From an uncultured bacterium (GTDB taxonomy: Bacteria; Bdellovibrionota_B; Oligoflexia; CAYFLR01), in assembly GCA_964544765.1 (NCBI GenBank), contig CAZJDM010000004.1, forward strand, positions 1 to 60,703: a stretch of 60,703 nucleotides of DNA, given 5' to 3'. The notes under the pieces are model-generated. The model saw only the letters and a program-made list of their open reading frames with translations. It made no database searches and had not been told where the DNA came from. The position numbers and the translations under genes were made by a program. The first letter of the stretch is position 1. Each line of letters starts with the position of its first letter. Below are positions 29,982-39,981 of the stretch, in pieces.

Positions 29982-30950
29982 TTGGGTAAAATAGTTTTTT
30001 ATCTTTCGTTAATTTTCATTTGTATTAGTTTTTTCTCATCTTTAGGTCTTGCTAAGAAAAGATATGTAACAATTGGCACAGGCGGCGTTACAGGAGTTTA
30101 TTATCCCACCGGCGGTGCTATTTCTAAGATGATCAACAAGAAAAGGAAAATATATAACATTAGGGCCTCAGTAGAGTCTACTGGAGGATCAGTATACAAT
30201 ATTAATATGGTTATTTCGGGGGATCTTGAGTTCGGTATTGCTCAATCGGACCGCCAATATCAGGCATATAAAGGATTAGCTGAGTGGAAGAAAACAGGTC
30301 CGCAGGCTGATCTGCGGTCAATATGTAGTTTACATCCAGAAATAATTACCTTGGTAGCATCTGTTGAAAGTAAGATAAAAACTTTGCCTGATTTAAAAAA
30401 TAAACGAATTAATATTGGTAACCCAGGTTCTGGGCACTTAGGAAATGCTTTAGATATCTTATTAGCTACTAAGCTAAGACCGGATGTTGATTTTAAGGCG
30501 GAACAATTAAAAGCGGCTGAAGCACCTAAGATGTTGCAGGATAATCGTATTGATGCTTTCTTTTACACAGTTGGTCATCCCAATGGTGCAATAAAAGAAG
30601 CTACCTCAGGTAAAAGAAAAGTTCTTTTTGTAGCTCTCTCTCCTGTTGATAGATTAATTCAAGCTTTTCCTTATTATGTAAAGGCTAATATTCCAGTTAA
30701 ACATTATCCTATGGCCTCTAATAAATCTCCAGTATCTTCAGTTGGTGTTGTGACAACTTTCGTTACTTCAAAAAAGGTAGATGCTGATGTAGTGTATGCT
30801 ATCACTAAAGAGCTCTTTGATAATTTAGATGAATTTAAAAAACTACATCCAGCCTTTTCTCGATTAACCAGAAAAGGAATGCTCAAAGGTTTGACAGCTC
30901 CTTTACATGAGGGAGCAAAGAAATATTATAAAGAAGCCGGTTTAATATAA
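29982..30950 (+). CDS. TAXI-family TRAP transporter solute-binding protein
   Basis: IGTGGVTGVYYP.GG, STGGSVYN, AQSD, GNPGSG and PLHEGA.KYY. Confidence 0.93.
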   Translation: MGKIVFYLSLIFICISFFSSLGLAKKRYVTIGTGGVTGVYYPTGGAISKMINKKRKIYNIRASVESTGGSVYNINMVISGDLEFGIAQSDRQYQAYKGLAEWKKTGPQADLRSICSLHPEIITLVASVESKIKTLPDLKNKRINIGNPGSGHLGNALDILLATKLRPDVDFKAEQLKAAEAPKMLQDNRIDAFFYTVGHPNGAIKEATSGKRKVLFVALSPVDRLIQAFPYYVKANIPVKHYPMASNKSPVSSVGVVTTFVTSKKVDADVVYAITKELFDNLDEFKKLHPAFSRLTRKGMLKGLTAPLHEGAKKYYKEAGLI

Positions 30951-30965
30951 CTTAGTTATTTACCT

Positions 30966-32939
30966 ATGACGAATGATGTTACAAGCGTTTCTAAAAAAAC
31001 TAAAGATTTATCCTTTGTAATCCCCGTAATAGCGGGTTCGTGGTCAATTTTTCAATTAGCTTTACCCCAACTACTTTTATTATCATCAGACATAATTCGT
31101 TGTATTCACCTGTCATTTGCTATTTTGTTAGTTTATTTAAGCTACCCAGTCTTTAAAAAAAATAGTAAAAACAGGGGATTAAATTCTATTTCTTGGTTGA
31201 ATATATTATTGGGAACAATATCGGCAGTTGCTGCTATGTATTTAGCGATTGATTATCAAGGTATTGCTTTTCGGCAAGGTATGCCCATAACAAGGGATTT
31301 AGTTATGGGAATTATTCTGATTGTTTTGTTATTAGAGGCTACAAGGAGAGCCCTTGGACCTGCACTTCCAACTATTGCTTGTATTTTTATTGTTTACAGC
31401 TTTTTTAGTGAATCTATGCCAGATCTTATCGCTTTTAAAAACGCTTCTCTAAATAAGGTAATCAATAAATTAACAATGGGAACAGAGGGGATCTATGGTG
31501 TTCCTTTGGATGTATCAGCTTCTACCGTTTTTTTATTCGTTCTTTTTGGGGCGATGCTGGAAAAAGCTGGAGGTGGGAAGTTTTTTATTGATATTGCCTT
31601 TCGTCTGCTTGGTAAATATAAAGGAGGTCCAGCCAAAGCTGCAGTTATGGCTAGTGGTATGACTGGATTGGTTTCGGGATCTAGTATCGCTAATACGGTA
31701 ACAACAGGAACCTTTACTATTCCTTTAATGAAAAAAGCGGGTTATTCTGGAGTGAAAGCTGGAGCTATTGAGGTTGCAGCTAGTACTAATGGGCAGTTGA
31801 TGCCTCCTATTATGGGAGCAGCAGCCTTTATAATTGCTGAGTATTGCAATTTATCATATTTTGAGGTTGTTCGTGCAGCATTTATTCCAGCAATAGTATC
31901 TTATATAACCTTAATTTATATTACCCATCTAGAAGCAGGGAAGTTAGGGTTAAGAGGTTTAGCAAAGAAAGAACTGCCGGTAGTTGAAAAAGTCTGGCTC
32001 AAAAGCTTCTTTTATTTAATTCCATTAGTATTTTTACTCTATCAACTCATAATTGAACGTAGGTCCGCTCAATTATCCGCTTATTACGCTGTTTTATTAC
32101 TTACCTGGGTGATCCTTCTAAGAGAACTTTATCATGGTAGAAACCAAAAGAAACCTATTAAGGCTTCTTTATTAAGCGCCGCAAAAATTGTTTGGGATTC
32201 TTTGGTTACTGGAGGTCGCAACATGATGTCGATTGGTGTGGCAGTTGCGGCCGCAGGAATTATAGTTGGAATTGTAACATTAGGTTTAGGGGGCGTGATT
32301 ACTGATGTTATCGATCTTATATCTGGGGGAAATTTAGTATTGTTATTAGTCATAACAGCTATAGCTAGCCTTATTTTAGGAATGGGGTTACCTACAACTG
32401 CTAATTACATTGTAATGGCTTCCATCACTGCGCCGGTTATAATTACTCTTTCCGAGGATGCTGGTTTAGTTGTTCCTTTAATTGCCGCTCATTTATTCTG
32501 TTTTTACTTTGGTATATTAGCAGATGATACTCCTCCTGTTGGTTTAGCTGCTTATGCGGCTTCTGCTATTTCTAAAGAAGACCCCATAAAAACTGGAGTA
32601 CAAGGATTCATCTACGACATGCGTACCGCTATTTTGCCGTTTATGTTTATTTTTAATAAAGACCTACTCTTGATAGGTATTACTGAATGGTGGCAGATAT
32701 TATTGGTCTTTATAACCGCCTTATTTGCCATGTTTGCTTTTGCCTCTCTTATGCAGAATTTTTTATTAATGAAAAATAAATTGTATGAATCTCTGATTCT
32801 CTTAATCTCAGCTATAATACTTTTAAGACCAGACTTGATGATGGGATGGCTGGATGTCTCCAAATATCTTGTTTATTTGATTGGTGTCTTATTATTTATC
32901 TCAGCATTTTTATTACAAAGACTTAGGAAAACTGTATAG
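30966..32939 (+). CDS. TRAP transporter fused 4TM/12TM permease
   Basis: EGIYG.P, GGPAK.AV, SGSSIAN, GQLMPPIMGAAAF, LGMGLPTTA.Y and TPPV.LAAY. Confidence 0.93.
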   Translation: MTNDVTSVSKKTKDLSFVIPVIAGSWSIFQLALPQLLLLSSDIIRCIHLSFAILLVYLSYPVFKKNSKNRGLNSISWLNILLGTISAVAAMYLAIDYQGIAFRQGMPITRDLVMGIILIVLLLEATRRALGPALPTIACIFIVYSFFSESMPDLIAFKNASLNKVINKLTMGTEGIYGVPLDVSASTVFLFVLFGAMLEKAGGGKFFIDIAFRLLGKYKGGPAKAAVMASGMTGLVSGSSIANTVTTGTFTIPLMKKAGYSGVKAGAIEVAASTNGQLMPPIMGAAAFIIAEYCNLSYFEVVRAAFIPAIVSYITLIYITHLEAGKLGLRGLAKKELPVVEKVWLKSFFYLIPLVFLLYQLIIERRSAQLSAYYAVLLLTWVILLRELYHGRNQKKPIKASLLSAAKIVWDSLVTGGRNMMSIGVAVAAAGIIVGIVTLGLGGVITDVIDLISGGNLVLLLVITAIASLILGMGLPTTANYIVMASITAPVIITLSEDAGLVVPLIAAHLFCFYFGILADDTPPVGLAAYAASAISKEDPIKTGVQGFIYDMRTAILPFMFIFNKDLLLIGITEWWQILLVFITALFAMFAFASLMQNFLLMKNKLYESLILLISAIILLRPDLMMGWLDVSKYLVYLIGVLLFISAFLLQRLRKTV

Positions 32940-32995
32940 TGATTAGTGATCGGTATGTAGACAATAAGCGTCTGGTAACGAACGTCACTGGCACT
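32938..32995. terminator. Imperfect hairpin between convergent genes
   Basis: AGTG-A-TTAGTGAT pairs with GTCACTGG-CACT, with an inner TAGAC/GTCTG stem. Confidence 0.5.
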
Positions 32996-33005
32996 TATCG
33001 ATGAG

Positions 33006-33455
33006 TTACTTTTTTTCTTCCTTTTTATCGGGTTTTTCATCTAATTGTTTTTTCTGATACTCAACTCTTTTTCTAAGTTTTTCATTTTCATTTACTAATG
33101 TGGAGTATTTGGCATTCAACACTCTTAAATTGTTAGACATATCTTTTATTAAAGCTCTTAACCATGGAGGAGTTTTTTTGAGTAGTTCTTTAGCTTGATC
33201 ATGGTCGATGATCATACACTTTACTTCAGTAGCGGCAGTTGCTGTGGCGCTTCTATCTTCCTCTTCTAAAAAGGTCATAGTACCTAAAACATTGGGAGCT
33301 CCCACTTTAGCAACTGTAACCGATTCACCAGTTTTTTCATCTTTAACAGTAAGCTCTACTTCTCCAGATTTTATTATGTAAAGCTTACCACCTTTTTCTC
33401 CTTGTTTAAAAAGAGTACGACTTTTACCAAATACTGTAAGATTTTTTTCATCCAT
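33006..33455 (-). CDS. Stand-alone cyclic-nucleotide-binding domain protein with a coiled-coil tail
   Basis: LFKQGEKG..LYII.SGEV and RSATA.A; no Crp HTH. Confidence 0.85.
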   Translation of the reverse strand: MDEKNLTVFGKSRTLFKQGEKGGKLYIIKSGEVELTVKDEKTGESVTVAKVGAPNVLGTMTFLEEEDRSATATAATEVKCMIIDHDQAKELLKKTPPWLRALIKDMSNNLRVLNAKYSTLVNENEKLRKRVEYQKKQLDEKPDKKEEKK

Positions 33456-33530
33456 TTTTTTCTCTCTAAATATTTAAAAGTTGAGCAATAAAATCCAATA
33501 TTCTATGATTTCTTTAACCTTTACTGGTAT

Positions 33531-33896
33531 TTAACCTACTTTACCGAGATGATGAAGAAAATCATCCATCTCTCTTTCTGTTTTTTTATCTAATTCTTTA
33601 AATTCACCTCCATATTCATATTTAGTGATTTTATTTTTATGAGCTTTAAACCACCTGATAAAAACAGGAACATTCAATGAAAGCATTATTAGTCCGCTTT
33701 CTGTATGATGAAATAAAATAAGCTTAATTTGCACTTCATCTCCAATTTTTAAGACCCCTTCGGAAGAAAATCCCAATCCGCCTTTACTAATGTTGTTTAA
33801 CATACCATCAAAACGTTTTTCATTTTTTTTCCAGTACAATACTGTTTGTTCATAATATCGCTCATGACTTCGTCGTTCAACAAACCCATTTGACAT
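33531..33896 (-). CDS. PilZ domain c-di-GMP receptor
   Basis: ERRSHER (RxxxR) and NISKGG (D/NxSxxG), plus YGGEF. Confidence 0.85.
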   Translation of the reverse strand: MSNGFVERRSHERYYEQTVLYWKKNEKRFDGMLNNISKGGLGFSSEGVLKIGDEVQIKLILFHHTESGLIMLSLNVPVFIRWFKAHKNKITKYEYGGEFKELDKKTEREMDDFLHHLGKVG

Positions 33897-33975
33897 AATT
33901 CGTCCTCTTTTATCTCTATGAAAGATTAAAATTATACAAAAATATTTTATAACAAATGCTGGTAAATCTCAATTC

Positions 33976-34398
33976 TTATGGATCCTTATTGTTGTTATTT
34001 TTTTTTAAATTCATGTATTTAACAAGTGATTCTATTGTGTTTTTACTAAGATGGTTTTCTACCCGGCAAGCATCTTCTTCTGCAATATCAAAAGGAACAT
34101 TTAAAATCTCATGGAAGAAACTAGTTAATAACTTTTTAGCTCCGATATAACGATTAGATAATCCATTGCCTTTGGGTGTTAACTTGATGAATTTATTATT
34201 TTCTAGTATAATGTATTCCTTTAAAAGGAGTTTCTGTATAGCTACTGATATAGTACCTTTGGTTTTTCCAGTATAATTGGTTAAATCGATAGCTCGAACA
34301 TACCCATTTTGTTCATAAAGTTCGTGGACAGCTTTTAAATAATGAATATGAGCGTGAGATAATTCAAGTTGATTATTAATATTTGATTTTGCTTTCAC
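33976..34398 (-). CDS. DtxR/MntR-family transcriptional regulator with degenerate metal ligands
   Basis: YLKAV..L, VRAIDL, GTISVAI.KL, LTPKG and AEEDACRVE. GTG start after GGAG. Confidence 0.85.
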   Translation of the reverse strand: MKAKSNINNQLELSHAHIHYLKAVHELYEQNGYVRAIDLTNYTGKTKGTISVAIQKLLLKEYIILENNKFIKLTPKGNGLSNRYIGAKKLLTSFFHEILNVPFDIAEEDACRVENHLSKNTIESLVKYMNLKKNNNNKDP

Positions 34399-34463
34399 GG
34401 TTGCTCCAAATATTGAAAATATAAAATTTTTACTTGTGAAACAATGGCATATTAGTCTTCAAG

Positions 34464-34560
34464 TGTCAAACTTTTGTTTGAACTATCATCCATTGGTGAT
34501 GAATTATACTCTCTAGCTAGCCGGTTAGGGAACGGTAGAGTATGGTATATAAGATTGACA
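34464..34560 (+). promoter_or_regulatory. Structured element and palindrome upstream of nadA
   Basis: Three nested stems (see findings) and TCAAAC-N4-GTTTGA at 34466-34481. Confidence 0.4.
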
Positions 34561-34589
34561 GATTACTCTTTATTATTTATGACTGAGCC

Positions 34590-35639
34590 ATGAATGGTTT
34601 AGATCATATAGAATTTTCTAGAAAAGAGATTGAAAAGGAAACCGAAAGATTATTTTGTCTATTGATGGATATTGAGTGCGCTCATGATCATAAATGGACC
34701 TTAGATGCTTGTAGGCAAATTGCTCCAATAACTTTGGAGATCAATCAATTAAAGAAAGAAAAGAATGCTATTATTTTAGCACATTCTTACACCTCGCCAG
34801 ATATAGTTTATGGTGTTGCTGATTTTAAAAGTGATTCTTATGCTCTAAGTTTAGAGGCTAAGAAAGCTGAAGCAGATGTAATTGTTTTTGCCGGAGTAGT
34901 TTTTATGGCTGAAACGGCTAAGATAGTGTGCCCTAATGCTTTAGTTGTGGTTCCTGATCCCAATTCGGGTTGTTCCTTAGCAGACTCTATAAGAGGAAAA
35001 GATGTACGGGATTTGAAAAGAAAGTATCCTGAAGCAGTGACTGTTTGTTATATTAATACAAACGCCGAGGTAAAAGCTGAGAGCGATATATGCGTTACCT
35101 CTACTAATGTCTTTGATATTGTTGAAAAATTACCCCAAAATCAAATTTTGTTTATTCCTGATCGATTAATGGCAGATAATTTGCGGATTGAGATGAGAAA
35201 GAGGGGGATTAATAAAGAAATTATATCTTCTGATGGAACTTGCGAGGTGCATGATCAATTTAAGGTAGAAACCATCTACAAGGAACGTAGTCGCTTTCCT
35301 GATTTAAAGGTAGTTAGTCATCCTGAATGTGTCCCCGAAATAACTGAATTAAGCGATTTTGTTGGTAGTACTGGAGCTATGATGAAATATGTGAAAAATT
35401 CTAGCTCAAAATACTATATGATGCTTACTGAGTGTGGCTTGATAAGTCGTTTAGAAGCTGAAACTAAAGGAAAAACTTTTATATCAGCGTGTAAAATTTG
35501 CCCTTATATGAAAATGAATGATCTATATAAAATACGGAATGTATTAAGATCACCAAGAAAGGATCAAATTATAAGTTTAGATCCTACCATTGTTTCCAAA
35601 GCCGGAAAGGCAATTGATCGAATGTTTGAATTTTCCTAA
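34590..35639 (+). CDS. nadA: Quinolinate synthase
   Basis: ILAHSY, GVVFMAETAK, GCSLA, YINT, C.VH, HPEC, GST and CPYM. Confidence 0.95.
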   Translation: MNGLDHIEFSRKEIEKETERLFCLLMDIECAHDHKWTLDACRQIAPITLEINQLKKEKNAIILAHSYTSPDIVYGVADFKSDSYALSLEAKKAEADVIVFAGVVFMAETAKIVCPNALVVVPDPNSGCSLADSIRGKDVRDLKRKYPEAVTVCYINTNAEVKAESDICVTSTNVFDIVEKLPQNQILFIPDRLMADNLRIEMRKRGINKEIISSDGTCEVHDQFKVETIYKERSRFPDLKVVSHPECVPEITELSDFVGSTGAMMKYVKNSSSKYYMMLTECGLISRLEAETKGKTFISACKICPYMKMNDLYKIRNVLRSPRKDQIISLDPTIVSKAGKAIDRMFEFS

Positions 35640-35659
35640 TAATTTTTTGGATATTTCTT

Positions 35660-36499
35660 ATGATTTGTATTGATAAGCTTATTGAGTTATCTATTGAGGA
35701 GGATCTTGGTTTAGGGGATATAACCACTGACAGTATTATTGATCCTCATCAAGTATCCAAAGCTGAAATAATATCTAAAGAAACACTATGTTTATGTGGT
35801 GTTCATGTTGCAAAACAAATTTTTCATAAAATTGATACTTCCTTAGAAATCAAAATTTTTTATGAAGATGGTGATCTATTAGCGGCTAAAGAATTAGTTA
35901 TGTCTATTTGTGGTAAAACCTCCAGTATATTAAAAGCAGAGCGGATAGCATTAAATTTTCTTCAGCGCTTATCAGGGATTGCTACACAAACCAAAAAATA
36001 TGTGGATATAGCTAATAAGTATAAAGTAAAAGTGTGTGATACCAGAAAAACTACTCCTGGTCATAGGTTACTTGAAAAATATGCAGTTAAATGTGGGGGA
36101 GGCAGTAATCATAGGATGTCTCTTGCTGATAGTGTTTTAATTAAGGATAATCACATAAAAGCAGCTGGTTCAATAAAAGAGGCTGTTTTAAGGGCTAAAA
36201 GTTACATACTACATACATCCAAAATTGAAGTTGAGGTTCAAAATATAGAGCAGATAAAAGAAGCTCTTAATTGTGGCGCGGATATTATCATGTTAGATAA
36301 TATGCCTTCGTATCAAATAAAAGAAGCGGTTGATTTTATAGAAAATCGAGTTACGATTGAGGTATCAGGTGGAGTAAATTGGGATAATTTTACGTCCTAT
36401 GCCCGAATAGGTATAGATATAATATCAATAGGAGCTTTGACCCATTCTTTTCGTTCAGTGGATCTAAGTTTAAATTTGGACAATTCTTCTACATTATGA
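35660..36499 (+). CDS. nadC: Nicotinate-nucleotide pyrophosphorylase
   Basis: EDLG.GDITT, ERIALN, DTRKTTPG, NHR, IKDNH, EVEV, MLDN and SGG. Confidence 0.96.
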   Translation: MICIDKLIELSIEEDLGLGDITTDSIIDPHQVSKAEIISKETLCLCGVHVAKQIFHKIDTSLEIKIFYEDGDLLAAKELVMSICGKTSSILKAERIALNFLQRLSGIATQTKKYVDIANKYKVKVCDTRKTTPGHRLLEKYAVKCGGGSNHRMSLADSVLIKDNHIKAAGSIKEAVLRAKSYILHTSKIEVEVQNIEQIKEALNCGADIIMLDNMPSYQIKEAVDFIENRVTIEVSGGVNWDNFTSYARIGIDIISIGALTHSFRSVDLSLNLDNSSTL

Positions 36500-36566
36500 A
36501 TATAGTTCAAAAATAGAGATCAATAGATATCAAATGTGAGGCTAATAGATTAGTGAGGATATTTTA

Positions 36567-38123
36567 ATGAAAATAATCGAAACGGATTTGCTAATAATTG
36601 GCTCGGGATTAGCAGGTTCTGTTTATGCTTATGCAGCTTTAAAAAATGGCCTTTCATGTATAATGCTTTCTGGCGAGGATACAATTGGTGATTGTAATAG
36701 TAATCTAGCTCAAGGTGGAATAATATTTGACAATTCGGGAAGGGTAGATTTGTTAAAGAGCGATATACAAGAAGCTAGCGCTAATACTTCCTTTGATCCA
36801 GTTATTGATGACATCATTAAATATGGACCAGAACTTATAGATAAAATATTAATAAAAGATATAAATGTAGATTTTGATAAAAATAGTAACGATCAACTAT
36901 CATTTACTAAAGAAGGAGCTCACTCAATTTCTAGAATAATTTTCTCCAAAGATAAAACGGGTGAGGTAATTCTTTGTTCTGTGCATAATTACTTACTTGG
37001 TCAACCTAATCTTACTATTTTAAATAATAGTATTGCAATTGATTTATTGACTTTGTCTCATAGTTCTCAATCAGTACAAGATAAATATCAGCCTTTAACT
37101 TGTTTTGGTGCATATGTTCTTGATGATAAAACAGGTGAGGTGATGGCTATTTACGCTAAGAAGACGGTTCTTGCTACTGGAGGAATAGGTCAAGTATATT
37201 TACATTCTACTAGCTATGACCATGCCTTTGGCCATGGAATAGCTATGGCGTATAGAATAGGTGCAAGGGTTATTGATATGGAATACGTCCAGTTCCATCC
37301 GACCGTTTTTTATAAAAAGGGAGTATCTCCTTTTCTTATATCAGAGGCTGTGAGAGGAGAAGGAGGGGTTCTTGTTAATAGATTGGGACATCCATTTATG
37401 GATAATCAACATCCATTAAAATCTCTGGCACCTCGCGATATTATTGCTAGAGCTATTCATACCGAGCTAATTAGGACTGATTCTCATTGTGTATATCTGG
37501 ATTTATCGAGTATGACCCCATCTTTTATCAAAGATAGATTTCCTACTATCTATCAAAGGTGTAAAGAAAATGAGATTGATATTAGTCAGAGTCCTATTCC
37601 TGTTGTACCAGCAGCTCATTTTTTATGTGGGGGTATTCATGCTACTATAGATGGTCGAACTAATATACGAAATTTAAATGTGGTTGGTGAATCAGCTTGC
37701 ACTGGATTGCATGGAGCTAATCGTTTAGCTAGTACTTCACTTCTTGAATGTGTTACAATGGGTTATCTTACTGCGGTTAAAGATAAAATTGACATAGAGC
37801 AGAATAAGTTTTATTTTCCGGAAATTGATGATTGGGAATGTCCGGAAGAGTTTCCTGATGAAAACCTTATAAAACAGGATTTAAATTTAATCAGAAGTAC
37901 TATGTGGAACTATGTTGGATTGATAAGAACTACTAAACGACTTGAAAGAGCAGAGAAAATTTTAAGAGGTTTGCAGTTACAAATTAATAATTTCTATGCT
38001 GGTTATAAGTTAACCAAGAATTTGTTGGCGTTAAGAAGTTCGATTCAAAACGCTTTATTAATTACTTATGCTGCTTTAAAGAATAAAAATAGTAAGGGTT
38101 GTCATTTTAAAGAACAAGGGTAA
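36567..38123 (+). CDS. nadB: L-aspartate oxidase
   Basis: IIGSGLAG, AQGGI, EGAHS..RI, QFHPT, SEAVRGEG, LAPRD and GLHGANRLAS.SL. Confidence 0.95.
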   Translation: MKIIETDLLIIGSGLAGSVYAYAALKNGLSCIMLSGEDTIGDCNSNLAQGGIIFDNSGRVDLLKSDIQEASANTSFDPVIDDIIKYGPELIDKILIKDINVDFDKNSNDQLSFTKEGAHSISRIIFSKDKTGEVILCSVHNYLLGQPNLTILNNSIAIDLLTLSHSSQSVQDKYQPLTCFGAYVLDDKTGEVMAIYAKKTVLATGGIGQVYLHSTSYDHAFGHGIAMAYRIGARVIDMEYVQFHPTVFYKKGVSPFLISEAVRGEGGVLVNRLGHPFMDNQHPLKSLAPRDIIARAIHTELIRTDSHCVYLDLSSMTPSFIKDRFPTIYQRCKENEIDISQSPIPVVPAAHFLCGGIHATIDGRTNIRNLNVVGESACTGLHGANRLASTSLLECVTMGYLTAVKDKIDIEQNKFYFPEIDDWECPEEFPDENLIKQDLNLIRSTMWNYVGLIRTTKRLERAEKILRGLQLQINNFYAGYKLTKNLLALRSSIQNALLITYAALKNKNSKGCHFKEQG

Positions 38124-38187
38124 AGAACCCAGTGACTAAAGATCGTAGGGATTTCTTACTGAAACTATTGTAAAAGGAAATTTTGAA

Positions 38188-38922
38188 ATGGATACTTCCA
38201 ATACTAAATTAGCTAATTCTTCGAATGCTCAAGAAAAACCGGGTAAGATGCTGGTCAGTTTGTCTTTTAATATTATTATACCGGTTGTAATTTTGAGCAA
38301 ATATAGTGGTCCGGAAAATTTAGGTGCGGTACGAGGGTTTTTAATCGCTTTGGCCTTTCCTTTTATTTATGGAACTCATGATTTAATAGCTAAAAGGCAG
38401 TGGAATTTTTTATCTATTATGGGAATTATTAGTGTCTTATTGGCAGGGGGCCTGGCATTATTTGAGCTTGATAGATTTTGGTTCGCCGTTAAAGAAGCTT
38501 CTATACCGGCTATAATAGGTGTGGCTGTTTTCTTGTCTGATAGAATGAAACATCCCATTGTCAAAAACTTGCTATTTAATCCTCAGGTATTAAACGTTGA
38601 TCAGATTAAGGAATCTTTGGATAAGAATAATAAACGAGAACTTTTTGAAAGATTATTTACTCGTACAACCTATCTTATATGTTTGTCGTTGGCCTTAAGT
38701 TCGGTATTAAATTTTGTATTAGCGATATGGATTTTAAAAAGTCCTTCGGGAACACCAGAATTTAACAAAGAATATGGATTGATGATGGCGTTGAGTTTTC
38801 CAGTGATTGCTTTGCCATGTATGATAGTAACACTAGGATCGCTTTGGTACTTAATAATGGGAATTAAGAAATTAACTGGATTGGACCTTAACCATATATT
38901 TAAGGATCCAAAAGCAAAATAA
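38188..38922 (+). CDS. VC0807-family multi-pass membrane protein
   Basis: NIIIPVVIL, ALAFP, WFAVKEA.IP, S.VLNF.LA and S.PVIALP. Confidence 0.75.
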   Translation: MDTSNTKLANSSNAQEKPGKMLVSLSFNIIIPVVILSKYSGPENLGAVRGFLIALAFPFIYGTHDLIAKRQWNFLSIMGIISVLLAGGLALFELDRFWFAVKEASIPAIIGVAVFLSDRMKHPIVKNLLFNPQVLNVDQIKESLDKNNKRELFERLFTRTTYLICLSLALSSVLNFVLAIWILKSPSGTPEFNKEYGLMMALSFPVIALPCMIVTLGSLWYLIMGIKKLTGLDLNHIFKDPKAK

Positions 38923-39009
38923 CAAATATTCTGATTATTCAAATACATTTTAACAAATTAACGATTTAACGTTAACGCGTGATGGGCGAAACCTGCACAT
39001 CGAGCTATC

Positions 39010-39723
39010 TTATATAGATATCGATTCTACTTCGGGATTATACATTAGTCTAGCGTTTCTGATATCTACATCATAAAGAAATGCTGGGCCACCATAGCCT
39101 CCTGTTTCCATTTTAGCATTCATAATAGAAGGTTCTTCAATATGGTCAAAGCCAATAGGGTGGCCTATTTCATGAGTTGCTACAGCTGTTAGATTAGCTT
39201 TAATTTTGTTGGGGTGAAGCCAAGCATCTAACTCTCTGTTTTCAAAGGAAAAGTGTTGAAAATTGAAAAATATATCTCCTTTACCTACGGCTTGAAAGTC
39301 ATAGGGATCAGGTCTCCATACACTTGTTCCAATTGATGTTTTTGGCCTTCCAGTAATTTTTTTCCAGTTTGTTACAGCGTAAAACCCAAAAAAATCATCG
39401 TATAGAGCTTCATTGATATGGTTAAAATCATCTCCTGAAAAGTAGTCTATGCCTTTATACTCAAATAATTTTTTGCCAATAGCGGTTTCCCAAAGATTAA
39501 TTGCCTCTAAAATAGCTTTTCTAGATTGGTATGATAATGATGAGCCAAATTTGAAAGGTATTGGTAAATTTTTCCAGCCTTTGGGATGGTGAGCAAAATA
39601 GAATGTACGACTAGGAGGTGTGAGCATTTGGTCCCGATATGGGTGGGAGCCAAACTTGTTGTCAGTTATCATTTGACCGCAAGAAACAAGGATAAGTGAT
39701 ATGAATATATAATATTTTAACAT
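39010..39723 (-). CDS. Matrixin (M10)-like zinc metallopeptidase lipoprotein
   Basis: Lipobox LVSC, HEIGHPIGFDH and Met-turn SIM. Confidence 0.88.
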   Translation of the reverse strand: MLKYYIFISLILVSCGQMITDNKFGSHPYRDQMLTPPSRTFYFAHHPKGWKNLPIPFKFGSSLSYQSRKAILEAINLWETAIGKKLFEYKGIDYFSGDDFNHINEALYDDFFGFYAVTNWKKITGRPKTSIGTSVWRPDPYDFQAVGKGDIFFNFQHFSFENRELDAWLHPNKIKANLTAVATHEIGHPIGFDHIEEPSIMNAKMETGGYGGPAFLYDVDIRNARLMYNPEVESISI

Positions 39724-39947
39724 AAGTAGATGATTTTAATAAAAATAAAGGATATTAGTATTGATTTTAGAGCCCTCCCTCAGGTTTAAATTTAGTACCA
39801 AATAATTTTATAAAAGTCCATAAATATTTTATTTTATTTTATATATTTTGCATTATTAATGTATACTAATGTTATATTTGTTATAATATAAATATGTTAT
39901 ATTAAATCAATTAGATATCTTTAATTTGTAAAAAATATTTTTTATTT

Positions 39948-39974
39948 TAACTAAATAGAAAATATTGTCGATGA
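39948..39974 (+). promoter_or_regulatory. sigma28-type promoter, probably giving a leaderless mRNA
   Basis: TAAC-N15-GTCGATGA ending 7 nt before the ATG at 39982; no SD sequence. Confidence 0.45.
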
Positions 39975-39981
39975 ATATTGT

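Noticed and set aside
29753-29989. 78-aa ORF and a small hairpin (29758-29791) upstream of the TAXI gene
   Set aside because: No RBS or recognisable motif, and a likely TTGACA promoter at 29823 lies downstream of the hairpin, so it is probably not in the leader.
34495-34589. GGTGATG...TGAC as a fluoride riboswitch
   Set aside because: The pseudoknot pairings and spacing do not fit, and the gene context is wrong.
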